The notes under the pieces: generated by a model
What the model saw: only the letters and a program-made list of their open reading frames with translations
What the model was told of the DNA's origin: nothing
Databases searched by the model: none
Source: Haliotis cracherodii
Taxonomy: Eukaryota
Length of the DNA: 64,000 nt
Direction of reading: 5' to 3'
Assembly: GCF_022045235.1 (NCBI RefSeq)
Contig: NW_027266330.1
Span: forward strand, 16,244,001 to 16,308,000
Shown: positions 48,638 to 62,600 of the stretch, one piece after another
How positions within the stretch are numbered: position 1 is the first letter of the stretch
Layout of the letters: each line of letters opens with the position of its first letter
Position numbers and translations under genes: made by a program

Positions 48638-48779
48638 CATTCTATTTCCGACGTCATTTGAATATTGTTCAGTGGGGCGTTAAGCAGAAGCCACAGCTTA
48701 TAATAGTCCAACTTCCAGCAAAAACATAGCTACACATGTTTTAATATTTCAGATATTTAGCCCTTCATGAAGCAGTATT

Positions 48780-51700
48780 ATGGAATTTGACGGAGTGTAT
48801 TCCTACGTTGTGCTTGCTGCCTCCTTTGTCGTAATGATGATCGGCCCCAGTCTCACCTACGCCACTGGCGTATTCCATGTCGCCATGTTGGAGGAGTTCC
48901 AGGAGGACCTGGTTCTTACCACCTGGGTAGGATCGACCTTCGGCTGCATGTTCGCCCTGTCAGGTACGGCGTAGAGTGAGTGAGTGAGTGAGTGAGTGAG
49001 TGAGTGGATGGGTGGGTGGGTGGGTGAGTGAGTTAGTAAGTAGTGAGCCCAGATCTTTCCTCCATTGAACACGTCTGTTACGACGTGTGCGTCAACGTAA
49101 GCGTCTGCATTTGGCCAGGCGCTACACGAGGACTGCGGCATGTACATGACTCCCTCAAATCACCATGGCGAGACTATTGTAAGCAGTATGCCTCGTCGAT
49201 CGAATGAATGTTTGACAAATTGTGGCGGCATTACGCACTACTGATCCAAAAACATCAACGTAAAACTTCACATCGTATGGTCGTTGGCGGTCGTAAAATC
49301 TAATGTCATACTTCGTCACCTGTAGTAATCTTTTTCAAATGCGTTCATTTTATCATACAACTATATGTATTATTAGAAACTAATTTCACTTACAATTTTG
49401 GAAATTTAAGTTATTTCCTAGCACCCCCTACTTTTTGAAAGAGTATATACTCAACGATGACCTAAGTGAGCCAACGAACTTTGTGATTTACCATCGTATG
49501 TTATGGAAACGCTTTACAGGGCTGTTATAAGAAAAAAATGACTAAATGTTCGTCTTCTACTTCAGGACCAGTAGCCAGCTTCATAATCAACGTGTTTGAC
49601 TGTAGAACGTGTGTGGTGATGTCTGGATTTGTGATGATGATTGGTTTGGCGACCAGCTGTCTGGTGACGGACATTAAATCGTTATTCATAACATTTGCCC
49701 TCGTAGCAGGTACGTATCGAATGGTCTATACAATGGTCTTTTATGGTCGTCATCGAGATAGGATAAAAACATATCCTAATGTGAGTGAGTGAGTGAGTAT
49801 GGGTTTACGCCGCTTTCAGCAATATTGAAGCAATATCACGGCGGGGGACACCACAAATGGGCTTCACACATTGTACCCATGTCGGGAATCGAACCCGGAT
49901 CTTCGGCGTGACGAGCGAACGATTTAACCACTAGGCTACCCGACCGCCCCTATCCTAAGGTAGCCCAACTGACATTAAGTACTAATGCGGCGGTTCTGCA
50001 AATTTTAAAAGACCTATATTTACAATTTACAATATTATTGTGAGTGAGTGAGTGAGTGAGTGAATATTATTGTTTACTCTCCCGTTACTCTCCAGTTACA
50101 GTTAACTACGGTTATAACGAACTCGAGGGGACCACTAATTTAAGTTCGTAATAACCGTAGTTCGTTATAAGCATACATACAGCATATCTACAACAAATGG
50201 TCGGGACTAAAAACTAAGTTCGTTATAAGCGTGTTCGTTATAAACGTAGTTTACTATACAGCATTTGTGATGTAATGATGCACAGTTAAAGTGAGTCCGA
50301 CTTACTAGCACATCCACCAGTATTCATGCCTCTAAACTGAAAGTATGTGTTTGTGAACATCATTTTCAGGTTTGGGCACGGGTCTGGCAGGAACTGGAAC
50401 AGTAGTCATTCTTGGATACTACTTTCCGAAACCTGCAGTCGTCGCTTCAAGTATTTGCTTCACCGGAGCAGGATTCGGAATATTTGTTCTCCCAGCACTG
50501 GTTCAGTTTCTCCTTGAAAAATACGGATTTCATGGAGCCTATCTTATAACAGGAGGAATAACATTTCACGCCTGTGCTGCCGGCATGCTGATGCGCCCTG
50601 CTGGCACTGAGGTGAACAGACAAAGAAATATACTTGGCGGTCAAACACTTAGACAAAGGATTACGCTTCCAATGTGGGGAGACTTTACGAGGATTGTCAG
50701 TGTCATTCAAAATGTATCATTTCTACTTTATACAGTCAGTATATTGTGTTTTTCGCTCGGTGTCTCAACACAATACCAATTTGTTCCAAATTTCTTTGTG
50801 ACACATGGATCTTCACAACAGGAAGCATCGTTTGTGTTATCAATGTCCGGCATAGGTGGTATTCTCTCTCGTATACTCACTGGATTTGCCGCGAATGATA
50901 AGAACATTGGAAGTTGCACTATACATTCTTCTGTCAATGGCATCATGGCTGTATTCTCACTCCTTATAACGCTTTTCGAATCAGGGACACACCTCAACAT
51001 GATATATGGCTTTATTCTCGGACTGTACACGGGAGGTGTGTGGGTCCTTATGACCCCTTTAACACTTGACCTTCTTGACCTGCAGGACTTTGCAACAGGT
51101 GTAGGGGTTGTTCGGTTTGCTTGTGGCACTGGCTTCTTGGTGGGTCCTCCCATTGCAGGTACGTATTGGCGCAAATGAGTGAGTGAGTTGGGTTTAACGC
51201 CGCTTTTAACAGTATTCCAGTTATATCGGGGCGTGTCAGCTTAATGTGGGAGGAAAGCCCGAAGTGATGCAGGTTTCAGACATTTACCACTTCGGCGAAA
51301 CCCACGAGCACGGGTATGGTGCTGACAAACCTAGAAACATAATCGGGCCGAACCGGGATTCGAACCCAGAATCATAGGTTTCTGGCGTGCCCAAGGGACG
51401 CAACTCTGCACAGCGAATCGCGGCGCAACAGACGACTGGGCCACCCGTGCCCCCGGCGCAAAGGAAGAACATTTAATTCGATCGTTAGCCTACATCATTC
51501 AACTCTCTATTCAACTTACTGTTTTAATTTCCTTTGAAAAAACATAGTATTGCATGGCAATGGTAAACGTCTCCCCCCTAACAATACCATTAGGCATATT
51601 TTGCTATGACATAAATATGCAAACCAACATTGATTTTTTCTTAAATATTAATGTTTACCAGTACATAGTAAACTGCGAACGTTGACACATTGCTCAAATG

Positions 51701-54700
51701 AATGTAGATAAACTACGAAATTAAACACCTGACATTTTCATTGTTGTGCCAAATGCCAAGGCCAATATATAGGTGTTACACTAAGGGAATGGGCCCGTGA
51801 AGATCCGGGGTAGAATAGGTCTTCAGCAACCCATGCTTGCCGTAAAAGGCGACTATGTTTGTCTTTAGGGGCGACTAACGGGATCGGGTGGTCAGACTCG
51901 CTGGCTTGTTTGATGCATGTCATCGATCCCAATTGCGTAAATCGATGCTCATAATGTCAATCACGGGATTGTCTGGTCCAGACTCGATTATTTACAGACC
52001 GCCGTAATATTGCTGAGTGCGGCGTTAAACAACAAACAAACAAAAAGAAAAGGAAAAAAAGAGGGGATGAGAATTGATGACAAGCAAAGGACACGTTCGC
52101 AAAAGATCGTATTGTAACACATGAACTTAGACTTTACCAGTTGTTTTACCAAACCCGGATTTGATTTCATTCCGCAGGAAGTATATGTGTACTTCTGGCA
52201 CATTTTGTGTGATAGCTTGAAGCATAGTCAAAGAATGTAGAAACTACTAATGTACATTTCTATTACGGGATGTCATTGATACCTTCTAATATACACATTA
52301 TGCTTATACCTTTAGTGTTAAAGCATCACTTAGTAAAAATGAAAATTCCTTTGGTGCATACCTTTTACAGCTTTTGAGGCACATTCGAGCTTGATCGTAC
52401 AGCTCTTGCTGAGATATTGTTTACTCAGAATTACAGCATTCAAGGACTTAGTAAAGCTTTCAAAATGTTTTATGGTAGATTTGTGGGGGACATTTCCATA
52501 TTGGACCATCAGTGACAACAGTGATGACCACTGCAATTTCCTATTTTGACTTGTGACACATGTTCCCGTGTTTTTATCAGGTGAACAATTGACAATTTGC
52601 ATGTGTTTGTGGTTGTCTAGTTTTCAACCATTGGAGCCGTGCCAATTTACACTTGTCCGAGGGGTACACAAAGTACGTGATCTAGACTACCAGTTGTCGG
52701 ACTTTCATTTTTGCAGAAGCCTCGGTGGCTGAGTGGGATAGACTTTATGTGCTGGCGATTAGGTGCCTCACAATCTGGCAGTGTGGGTTGGAATCCCGGA
52801 CGGGACTCAAGCCAAAAACATACAAGAACCTGTACTTTACTATGAAAATGTTATCCCAAATATAACATTTGTTACGGTAATCACTGGACTGTTTGATCCA
52901 GACGATTGTTTATGGACGGAACTTTTTTTGGGGGTGTGGTGTTACGCAACAAACAAACACTTAATTATTGTTTGAAGGACAAGTGTGTGATTGGTGGGTT
53001 CTACCAGTTGGGTCGCGCATCCCTACCCGTTTCTAGAACAGGTGGTGTTATCACTGAGTTTCAGTGATCCGTTCACATAGTTTTCATTGCCTTTACCGAC
53101 AACGCAATGCTTCACCAGATAATTGGGACTGATAATAATCTCGATCGATGACGTTTTGAATTTACACATTCATGTACACATATTTAAACCTTTTATTATA
53201 TGACAAGATCTATCATTCGCTGTACAACAGACTTCAGAACCTATAAGGAATATTCCACATTTTTATCCTCTCAAAAGAAATGACTTTCAAGAATATAAGC
53301 TGATTATGATACCTTATCTTACACATTTTAAAACCAAACACTATACTATAATGGCATACTTCTTATAATCTGAATTGGTGTTTCCTTGTAGGGGCCATAG
53401 TTAAAGGATGTGGTCAGTATTACAGTGCATTTCTGTTTTCAGGTAGGTCATATTTTTTATGTTTATACCTTCTGTTTTACACATATAACATATTTATGTT
53501 CCCATATCTAATTGTAAAGAAATATATATCATTCGCTGCAACGCCACTCTTACAAAATATTAAAAAAACGAAGCTAAATAGTATTAAATGTGCTACTTCG
53601 TTTAATCATAATGAATTTCAAGTCAGATAATAATCTTATCACTACATGTGTTCGTATAACCATTTTGTAATTATGAATTAAATAGATTTCGTTTTGACAT
53701 TATTCGCTGGGGTTACAATAATACATTACTCATTTTTATCACACTTTATTTTGGTATTACTCATGTTTGTCTCATTTTGGATGTTCTTGCTACTTGAAGC
53801 TGAAAAAACTGGAATATCTTTCAACACACTCATCCACGCATCTTATAGTGGCCACCTGTAACAGTGAATGAGTGAGTTGGGTTTAACGCCGCTTTTAACG
53901 GTATTCCAGTCATATCAAGGCGTGACCGCTTAATGTGGGAGGAAAGCCCGAAGTGATGCAGGTCTCAGACGTGTACCACTTCGGTGAAACCCACGAGCAC
54001 GGGTATGGTGCTGACAAACCTAGAAACATAATCGGGGCGAACCGGGATTCGAATCCACAATCATAGGTTTCAGCCGTGCCCAAGGGACGCAACTCTTCAC
54101 AGCGAGGTAAATATTTGCACACTCGAAGAGGGATGCAGGAGAGAGATTTTATTCAAAGAATAGTTCATTTAGAAAAATGTCCACAATGAACAGTTTGTTG
54201 GCAGCGTTAAAACTTAAAACTTAAAAACCGAATAGTTTGTTTTGTGGAACTTACCCAAACGTCAGAAATGTTGTGTGAAAATGAATTGACTTATAGGCGC
54301 TCAGTAAATAGATAGTTTGTTGGTTACAGGTGAGGTGAAATGGGATTTTACGTCGCGTCCAAGATTATTGCACTTATATAGCGACGTGCATGCACGTGTG
54401 TGTGCGTGCGTGCGTGCGTGCGTGTGGGTATGTGTGTGTGTGTGCGTGTGTGTGTGTGTGTCCAGCTGCTTGTACTAGTCCGGACTGATGCCGATTTATA
54501 GTGCTAGCACACTGAGATCTTATGCCACAGTTTAACACGAATATCCCACTCAGACCCAGTATACTGACTCCGAGCCGACCCGTCCTTGTTTTAGCCCCTT
54601 AATGCCGAACTCAAAACAGGGTAACAACAAGCACAATCTTTTAACGTCTTTTGGTATGACGGGGCCGAGTATCGAACCCCGGAACTTCCGCTCTCCGGGC

Positions 54701-55019
54701 GGACGCTCTACCTCTAGACCACGGAGGCGGTCTTGTTGTTTATACATAATCTGAAAAAAAGATCATTCTTACCCAGCCACCCTCACACCCATCCCTGCCC
54801 CATCAACTAGATACATTGTACGCATGCTGCTGAGTTTATAGTTTCTTTTTTTCAGGTGCAATGTTCTTCTTGGCCACTGTATTCGGGTTTCTGTCAACTT
54901 TAAAGACACAGGCATCGGTACCATCAAACGATGCTCATCCTAGTATGGTATCTAACTGTGAAAATGCTACTGGCGGGTCAGTTCGAGAAGCTCTCGTTGT
55001 GGCTTCGGGGTCAACTTGA
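48780..55019 (+). CDS. Monocarboxylate transporter family (SLC16/MCT-like MFS) protein, ~443 aa
   Basis: Exons 48780-48963 (MEFDGVYSYVVLAASF, matching the MCT 'DGGWGW' TM1 region), 49566-49709 (GPVASFIINVFDCR), 50370-51158 (GYYFPK..GAGFG..EKYGFHGAYLITGG..AAGMLMRP..GFLVGPPIAG), 53392-53442, 54856-55019. GT-AG introns, 1332 nt in frame. Subfamily cannot be assigned by eye. Confidence 0.9.
49781..49950 (-). mobile_element. SINE family 1 copy
   Basis: High identity to the family; TATCCTAA on the flanks. Confidence 0.88.
50097..50259. mobile_element. Tc1/pogo-type MITE
   Basis: TACAGTTAACTACGGTTATAACGAAC ... GTTCGTTATAAACGTAGTTTACTATA TIRs with internal GTTCGTTATAA repeats. Confidence 0.75.
51177..51454 (-). 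mobile_element. SINE family 2 copy
   Basis: Full length; GGCGCAAA on the flanks. Confidence 0.88.
51793..52043 (+). mobile_element. SINE-like family 3 copy
   Basis: Homology to the family. Confidence 0.82.
53862..54105 (-). mobile_element. SINE family 2 copy (5'-truncated)
   Basis: Homology to the family. Confidence 0.82.
54328..54732 (-). mobile_element. SINE family 4 copy with expanded (TG/TGCG)n
   Basis: Full-length homologue of 13826-14185. Confidence 0.85.
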
Positions 55020-56229
55020 AATGTCTAAGGACATGATATTGAATTAGTGAAGATGAAAACGTACGCACAAACTGCAAAACATTGTTATGTCCACGTTGCC
55101 GTGAGTAAGTAAAGAGTAAGAGAAAGTAAAGTCTGTATGTTGTTGAAGACAGACAGTTACTCCTATTGGCACGAAGCGTCGTGGACAACATCACAGCAGG
55201 CTTACGTGAGACATGGACATTGACATGAGTGATAAAGACTTGCTCGTGTCCGCCTCATGAACATGAATGGACGATACTAGAAGATTGACAATACATCTAC
55301 GCCGCAAAACCCTCTCATATATGACCTTTGTCACTCCCCCGGGAAATAAAAATCCCTCATCCATATATTTAAGATAACGTAGAACTTGTTATGTGGGAGT
55401 GTAAAATATTATGAAACGAGGTTATAATTGTATTACACTGTTTCCGTTGAGATTCAGTAGAAGTGCATAGCATTGTATTTTGACCATGGTTAGTTGTCCG
55501 GAATGTAGAACTATCTAATGTAAGCAGTGGCGTGGAAGTTACTATATTTAGATGCTTTTCGGGTCAAAAGAATCTGGAACTTCAAGAACTGACTTTTTAG
55601 AACCTTCTGGAAGGTATTTAGACTATATAATTGAGCAAACGCATGCCTCTTTCACCTCACATTACATCACGACCAGCGGTTGTGTGAAGATCACGTTTTG
55701 ACCCTAGGCCTTTGTTTGGAAGCTTGACCACTGTTGCTGATTGGTAAGTAAGAATTATTATCACTGACGTTTTGTTATCACCACTGCTATTACATTGAAA
55801 TTGTACTGCCATTGATATTTGTACTGCCTCTATATTGTGTACTGCAAATGTAATTACATTTTGCTGGAGTTTGTATTGATTTCTTAAGCTAATTCATTTT
55901 GTATTCCACTTGTTGATATTACACTTCTTTGTTTTTTGTTCTTTCGTTGAGACTGAATTCTTTACGAATATATTCATGGTTTAATTATTGTCTTGATTTG
56001 GAAGTCGACAAACTGAACTGTGGTCTTTCTACTGAAGAATATGACATCGTATTTATTTGGTAATCACATTTATCATATAACTAAAGCATTTATCCATGAC
56101 GTAATCTTATGACATAAAAACATGCATGCCATACCCCAATGACATAAGCATGCAACTTAGATATCAAATTAGATAAACGGAAGTGGGACTTTTTTCGCCG
56201 GTGCACGTGAGTAGGTGTTTGCAAGCAAC

Positions 56230-57560
56230 ATGGATACCTTTGATGTTGGAGACAATGTTTTAATAGATCTAAGGGGAAGTGCTACAGTGATATCCGTGTT
56301 GACAAATGGTTATTACAGGTTACAGGTTGACAGTACCAAATTTGAATTTTACTGTGATGAAGGCAGATTATCAAAAATTCCCTGTGACCAACGTTTCATC
56401 ATCGAAACAACATCGCCGACCACGGTGAAGCAGATGCCCAAGGTAGATTTGTGGCTGTTGAGGACGGCATGATCGATGACATCAATACAAAAACACAGCC
56501 AAGAAAACTTTGTACGATTTGAAACTATTTGATAACTTTTTAAAAGTCCAAAGTGAAATTCGCCAAATGCATGAAATCCCCCCAAACGAACAAGATATAT
56601 TTTTATGCAAGTCTTTCATTAGAGTTCGAAAATCAAATGGGGAAAATTATGAACCAAACAGTCTCACAGGTTTTCAGAGCAGCTTTGAGAGGTCACTAAA
56701 ACGAAGGGGGTATGGCTCTAAACTCACGTAATCTTTAGACTTTTCACGATCACGGGAAGAATTAAATGGGAAAAAAATGAACTAAAGAAAGAAGGGCGTG
56801 GCAACCAAGGAGAGCCGACCCGATTGGTGATGAAGAGATCGAGTCGTTGTGGCAGTCCGGATCAGTTTGAATCAATAAACCAATGAGCATAATAAACTGT
56901 CTATGGCTCCACAACACAATTCATTTCGGGTTAAGAGGTGTCAATGATCACTACAACCTGTGTTGGGGGGACCTCACTTCGCATGTTGATGGAGACGATC
57001 AAGAATATCTTGAACTGTCCATGAGACAAGAAAAGAATAGGTCCGGTTAGAAACCTCGTGATTGTCGCGACGTAAGGCCCAAAATGTGGTCTAATGTTGC
57101 TGATCCCTCTCGGTGCCCTGTGTAGGTGTATCAGTTGTATGCCTTCACGCGTTCACTGGACTTCTGTCGCGATGACGATCCCTTTACAGGGACACACACT
57201 TTAGGCATGCCAAAGCCTGAAACACGAAACACTCCATCCCACACAGTGACATCCCACTTTGTTGCTGAAACCCTCGTAATGCAGTGCGGACCCTCGCGTA
57301 ATGTCCATATCGCCAGTAGAGAACACAGTCAGCGGTCTAACATTATAAATGTTTCTGGTGGTGTCAACGTTAGCACTATGTTTGCTGGCAACATTACCAA
57401 ACGATTAATCTGGGTAAACCCCCAAGCCCGGTTCCAGGCAAAAGACGCCGGATTGTCATTGAAAGTGGTAGTGACACCGACTAAAGCATACTCTCACCTC
57501 TCCTCCGCGGGACATTCTTCAAGTGAGAGAGCGGTTAGATTCGAAAGCTATATATAAGTA
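56230..57560 (+). pseudogene. Decayed Crypton-like tyrosine recombinase (DUF3504 / KIAA1958-ZMYM-QRICH1-like)
   Basis: Fragments across frameshifts and stops: LFDNFL..IPPNEQDIFLCKSFIRVRKSNGENYEPNSLTGFQSSFERSL; ELKKEGRGN; DEEIESLWQSG; LWLHNTIHFGLRGVNDHYNLCWGD; YLELSMRQEKNRSG; PKMW..RCPV*VYQLY..R..DDPF. Intronless, with the C-terminal catalytic part missing. Confidence 0.8.
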
Positions 57561-58922
57561 AAATTACACCAGAGATATAATCACATTACACAGAATCGTT
57601 GTTGTTACCGTTATTAAAGTTTCAATTATTCTGCAAAAGTCTGTTCAAGTATTTTGTTTAAAATAATCCGAGAAACATTTTTGCTCAGCGAAGGAATATG
57701 CCATGAAGGAGTTAAGACGTTGTTTATTTTGGTTCCCAGTAACTTCACATGGCACTGGAAAACATGTATCACTACACACGTTAATTACGTAAGATTTCGA
57801 CAAGTTGCTGTTAAGTTAATGCATTTATTCCTTAAACGGGAGACAAAAATGTGAAAATGATAATAGAATTTCTCACGAGTGTTTTTTTTTAATATGGGAA
57901 ATATTAACCTCGTCCTGTTAATCGGGAAACAAAATTAACTAAGACTCGGTTGGTATTGCCCCTATTAAAAAAACACTCGAGATGAATCTCCACCACCTTT
58001 TGCAGAGAAGTAAACATTTATCCATTTGAATGTTTGATGGAGGATCCACGGTATTAAGTGAAAACGTATTATTACAGTGACCATAAAATTTATTCCAGCC
58101 ATTTTGGCATCGTGGCACAACGGCTGACACTGGAGCTAAATCTTTTCTTGAGAAACCATTTCTGTGCAACTACACTTTCTAAGCAATACATTCATTATGA
58201 ACCTGTTATACCAGTATTCTGGATCTCATTCGACAAAGATGTAGGGGGATGCTCATGAAAGTATCAATAAACGTGTATACATTGAATTAACATAATTATT
58301 ACTACCCGTATGGGCGAAAGTATGCAGTGTAATATCTTTTTGATATTTGCACAGTGTGCAATTAGTGATTCTCGAAGCTGATTAGTCAGTTGAACAAAGA
58401 TCAATTTTCATTGGACAAGGGGACTATATTTTCTCTCATCCCATTCATTAACAAATCCACCCCATTCATTCACATGTTTTATGTGTAACAATCTCATTGA
58501 TTCGATATTTCGACCTGATGAACCTTTTTGGAAACTTGTCTTCTTTATCAATGAGAGGTAATGTATGCTGTGTAAATCAGACAGAAATATAATTGCAATA
58601 ATGTGATCTTTATAGTATTTTTGAAGGAACTATATTTTTCACGCGTAACAATACGTTACGTGGGTAATGCGATTGGATTGAGTGGACAATGTTTTTCACA
58701 AGCGGATGGATACAAAACAGTTGATTCTTGATCGGCGACAGTTATTTTTCCTTGAAACGTCTTTGAAATGATTTTGGGTAATAAATAGAAAACCCCACTC
58801 GGTACGAATGATTACGGAAAATATATTACCAACAGTGTCCACTTACATATGTTGTAGTTTCGTTGTTTGACGTGGTTGCATGACCTTTATGTGACCGACA
58901 GGTGACTCATAAATGTAAGAGT

Positions 58923-59243
58923 AGTATTTCGGGATTACACTGGATTTGCTTTTACGTACCGAATAAGGATACCGTAGAAAGTTTTGATTCATTCGGTTTG
59001 AATAATGCGCTTATGTATGCTGAATTCAATAGTTTTAAATATCTATACTGAAGACGCGTCTTCAAATATTCTAGTAGAAAGCTTCAATGTTACGATAGCG
59101 TTGTTTGCGATTACTATTGGCTGTATTTTCTATATTATCGGTGTCGACACAACTAGATGAGTCGCATTTTAAACAGTTTCACCGATGATTGTACCATAAA
59201 CGATGATATCGTACACTCTTGGTATTGGAATAAAAAACGTTAA
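58923..59243 (+). pseudogene. Polinton/Maverick (adenain-like) cysteine protease remnant
   Basis: Translates SISGLHWICFYVPNKDTVESFDSFG..Y*RRVFKYSSRKLQCYDSVVCDYYWLYFLYYRCRHN*MSRILNSFTDDCTINDDIV. Shows the GxHW / FDSFG / Q..S..C motif order of adenoviral-type proteases; two in-frame stops. Confidence 0.8.
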
Positions 59244-59630
59244 AAACGTATATGCTACTAATTTGTTGTTTATTCGGATATTCAAGCCACGTACGGTAAT
59301 GGGTTAAACAGCTGATAATAAGTATGACATGTTCGTACATTCGATGTAAGTGTGTGTGAATAGCTCCTGTCAACGGGTCGGTCAGACGTATGGTGAAGCG
59401 CGCATGCGTGAGGCGGGGAGAAGGCTGACATTTTGAGAGCTCCGACAAAAGTTAAGAAAATTGTGTGTTTCAACCGAAATATTTGCTTTAGGCGAGACAT
59501 ATCCTGCATGACCATTCTCCAGGGACAATTCCCATAACGCTCAGCGAATATTTGAAACTTTTAACGTTGCAACTGCCATATTTTCAACTCTGTGTGTGAG
59601 TGAGCGAGAACCGTCACAAATAAGACCGCC

Positions 59631-62600
59631 ATGTCGACAACTCGTGTTGAGCTAACATCAGACTCTGAGACTCTCTCCAGAAAAAGAGAGTTGGAGGAGA
59701 AAAGTGACTTTGGTGAGGCAGAGGACGATAATATGGATACGGCGTGTACAAAACGGTTAAAACATACATCGGTGGAAAACAGTGGAAATGATGTGAGTAA
59801 ACAAAATGATGTAAATAACTCTGTCCTTCTGTTTGCCATTCGCGAGGTTGGTGATAGTTTTGGTGCCAGAATTAGTTCCCTAGAAAACACTTTATCCGAT
59901 AAAATTAGAGAAGTTGTTCTTGAAGAAATGCAGAAACTCAGGGATGAGGTCGAGGATAAAGTGCGACATATCTCCGAGAAACTTCAACATCTCGAGCAGA
60001 AACAAGTAGCAGACGACGCACATCTGAGGGACAAGGTTCAGGTTTTAGAAAAAAACCTATGCTTCAGCTACTGCCACTAACTGTGATAATGTGATCGTTA
60101 TAAAAAATCTACCACTTCAAGCTAATGAGGAAAAGAACACAACCATCACAGAAAACAAAGTGTCTGCACTCTTCAAAGATGGTCTTAAATTAGGGGACAT
60201 CTCTGTTACTGGTGTGGAGCGAAAGAAAAGCGCCAGTAAAAGACCAGGCATAGTGATTGTGCTCAGGAGCTCAGGAGGCGTAGGATTCCTTATCAAGAAC
60301 AGCTTAACCAATGTGTTCAAAATCTCAGTTTTAGATGATACACTTGAAGATATTTTATGTCTAAAATTAGAAGCCCGTGACATCACCCTCTGTGCATGTG
60401 CGTGCTATCTCCCACCTGCAGGATCATCTCGTGCAAGGGACCCGGATCTGTTCTTCAGTGTCTTGCTACACCAGGTGTACATATATCAGAATGAAGGTAT
60501 CTTGTGTGTGTGTGTGGCGATTTCAATGCTAGATGTGGAATTCAAATGGATTACATTGAGGGAGTGGACAAAATACATCCCAGATCAGTCATTGATTGCA
60601 ATGAAAATAGCTATGGAGCTATGTTTATCGACTTCCTTTGTGATGTCAACTTCTGTATGTTGAACGGGAGGGTTGGTGACAGTAACGACTTTACGTATGT
60701 GTGTACTTCAGGGCGATCAGTCGTTGACTATGTTGTGGTACCGCACGAGCACATTTGTCACTTCACAGATTTTAAAGTTAAACCTATGTCAAGTATTATA
60801 TCTATGCTTAATATTCCTGTGCCTGACAAAATCCCAGATCATTCTGTACTCGAATTCAAAGTTGCTATCAATGTTTTTGATCGGTATACTGTTGGTATTG
60901 CCCCAGATCGTCCTGAGAGACCCGCTCATAGACCAGATATCCCTTACGATTTCTTCATATCTCAGGACGATGTGGTTCGTTTACAAGACTGTATCAAACG
61001 CATTGAATCCAGTTTGAATGCACACAATCGTCTGGATGAAGCTTACGACAGATTCACATCTCTTATTCAACACGAGCTTAATAAATGCGAAAAACCTAAA
61101 CCGGTTAATAATCATAATGTTAAAAAACGTAAACCATATTGGAACGACGAGTTACAGCGTCAGTGGACACTAACATGCGCTCGAGAAAGGGAGTGGTTAG
61201 CATGTAGATCACCAGGCGTGAAACGAGCCAGTCATCAGTTATATATCAGTCAGAGAAAATACTTTGATAAACTACATAGAAAATATAAACGTTCCTATCA
61301 GCTAGAAAAGCAGAAGAAACTGACAGACTCGTTTGATAATACTGACACAAGAGATTTCTGGAAAATGATTTGTAAATTAGGTGTAGGTAAAGACCGTACA
61401 GGTAAGTTGCCCTTTGAGGTCAGAGACAACGAAGGAAATATTGTTTGTGATACTAGTTCTGTCCTTGAAAGATGGAAGGATGACTTTGAGAATTTATACG
61501 GTTACGACCCACACCCTGATAGAAATTGTGATAATGAACACCTGGATAATATAGTGCATGAATTATCCAATTTTGTTATAACAAAGGAAGATAAAACAAA
61601 CTGTAATCCCCTGAACGTCCCTATTAGGTTGGTGGAAGTAGTGAAGGCAATAGAACGCGCTAAATCCAGAAAGGCGGCGGGTATTGACAATCTTCCTGCT
61701 GAGTGTCTGAAAAATCCTGTCTGCGTTGACATGTTGTTTAAAATAATGACTCATTGTTTTAATAATGGTTTAGTACCTGATGCTTGGCAACAGAGTATCA
61801 TTAATCCTATTGCTAAATCTGACACCGATGTTCACAATCCTCTGTCATACAGGGGTATCTCGCTTATTTCTGTACCCTGTAAAATTTATTGTGACATATT
61901 GAGTGAGTGGTGCGAAATAAATAATATTTTATCTGAAGAGCAAAATGGCTTCAGAGACAAAAGGAGCTGTTTGGATTACCTCTACAGCATTTGTACAATA
62001 ATCAAAAATAGAAAACAATCAAAATTATCAACATTTTGCTGTTTTATTGCCATGAAAAAGGCGTTCGATAATGTAAACAGAGATTGTTTATGGTTTAAAA
62101 TATTACAAAATGGCATAAACGGAATAATGTTTGAAGCTGTTAAAAGTTTATACAGCAATGTGAAGTGCGATGTGAGAGTAAATGGTTTGTTTTCACCCTG
62201 GTTTAAGGCCCCACGGGGACTAAAGCAAGGATGCCTTGTCTCTCCATTATTGTTCTCTATTTACATCTGGCGGCCAATATAAAAAGCATGAACTGTGGTG
62301 TTGACGTAAATGATTTAAATATTGGTATTATGTTATATGCTGATGATATTTTATTATTGGCGCCCACGGAGGACAAACTGCAAAATATGTTAAACGCGGT
62401 CAATGAATGGTGTCAAAAGTGGAGACTTACAGTTAATCCTACAAAAACTCAGATTGTTCATTTTAGGCCTACCAATACAATTTGCTCCACAACCAACTTT
62501 TCAATTGGAGAAACTCTTTTGAAGTATAGTAAGAATTATAAATATCTTGGTTTGTGGATCAACGAACACATGGACTTTAAGTTCACAATTAATGAACTGG

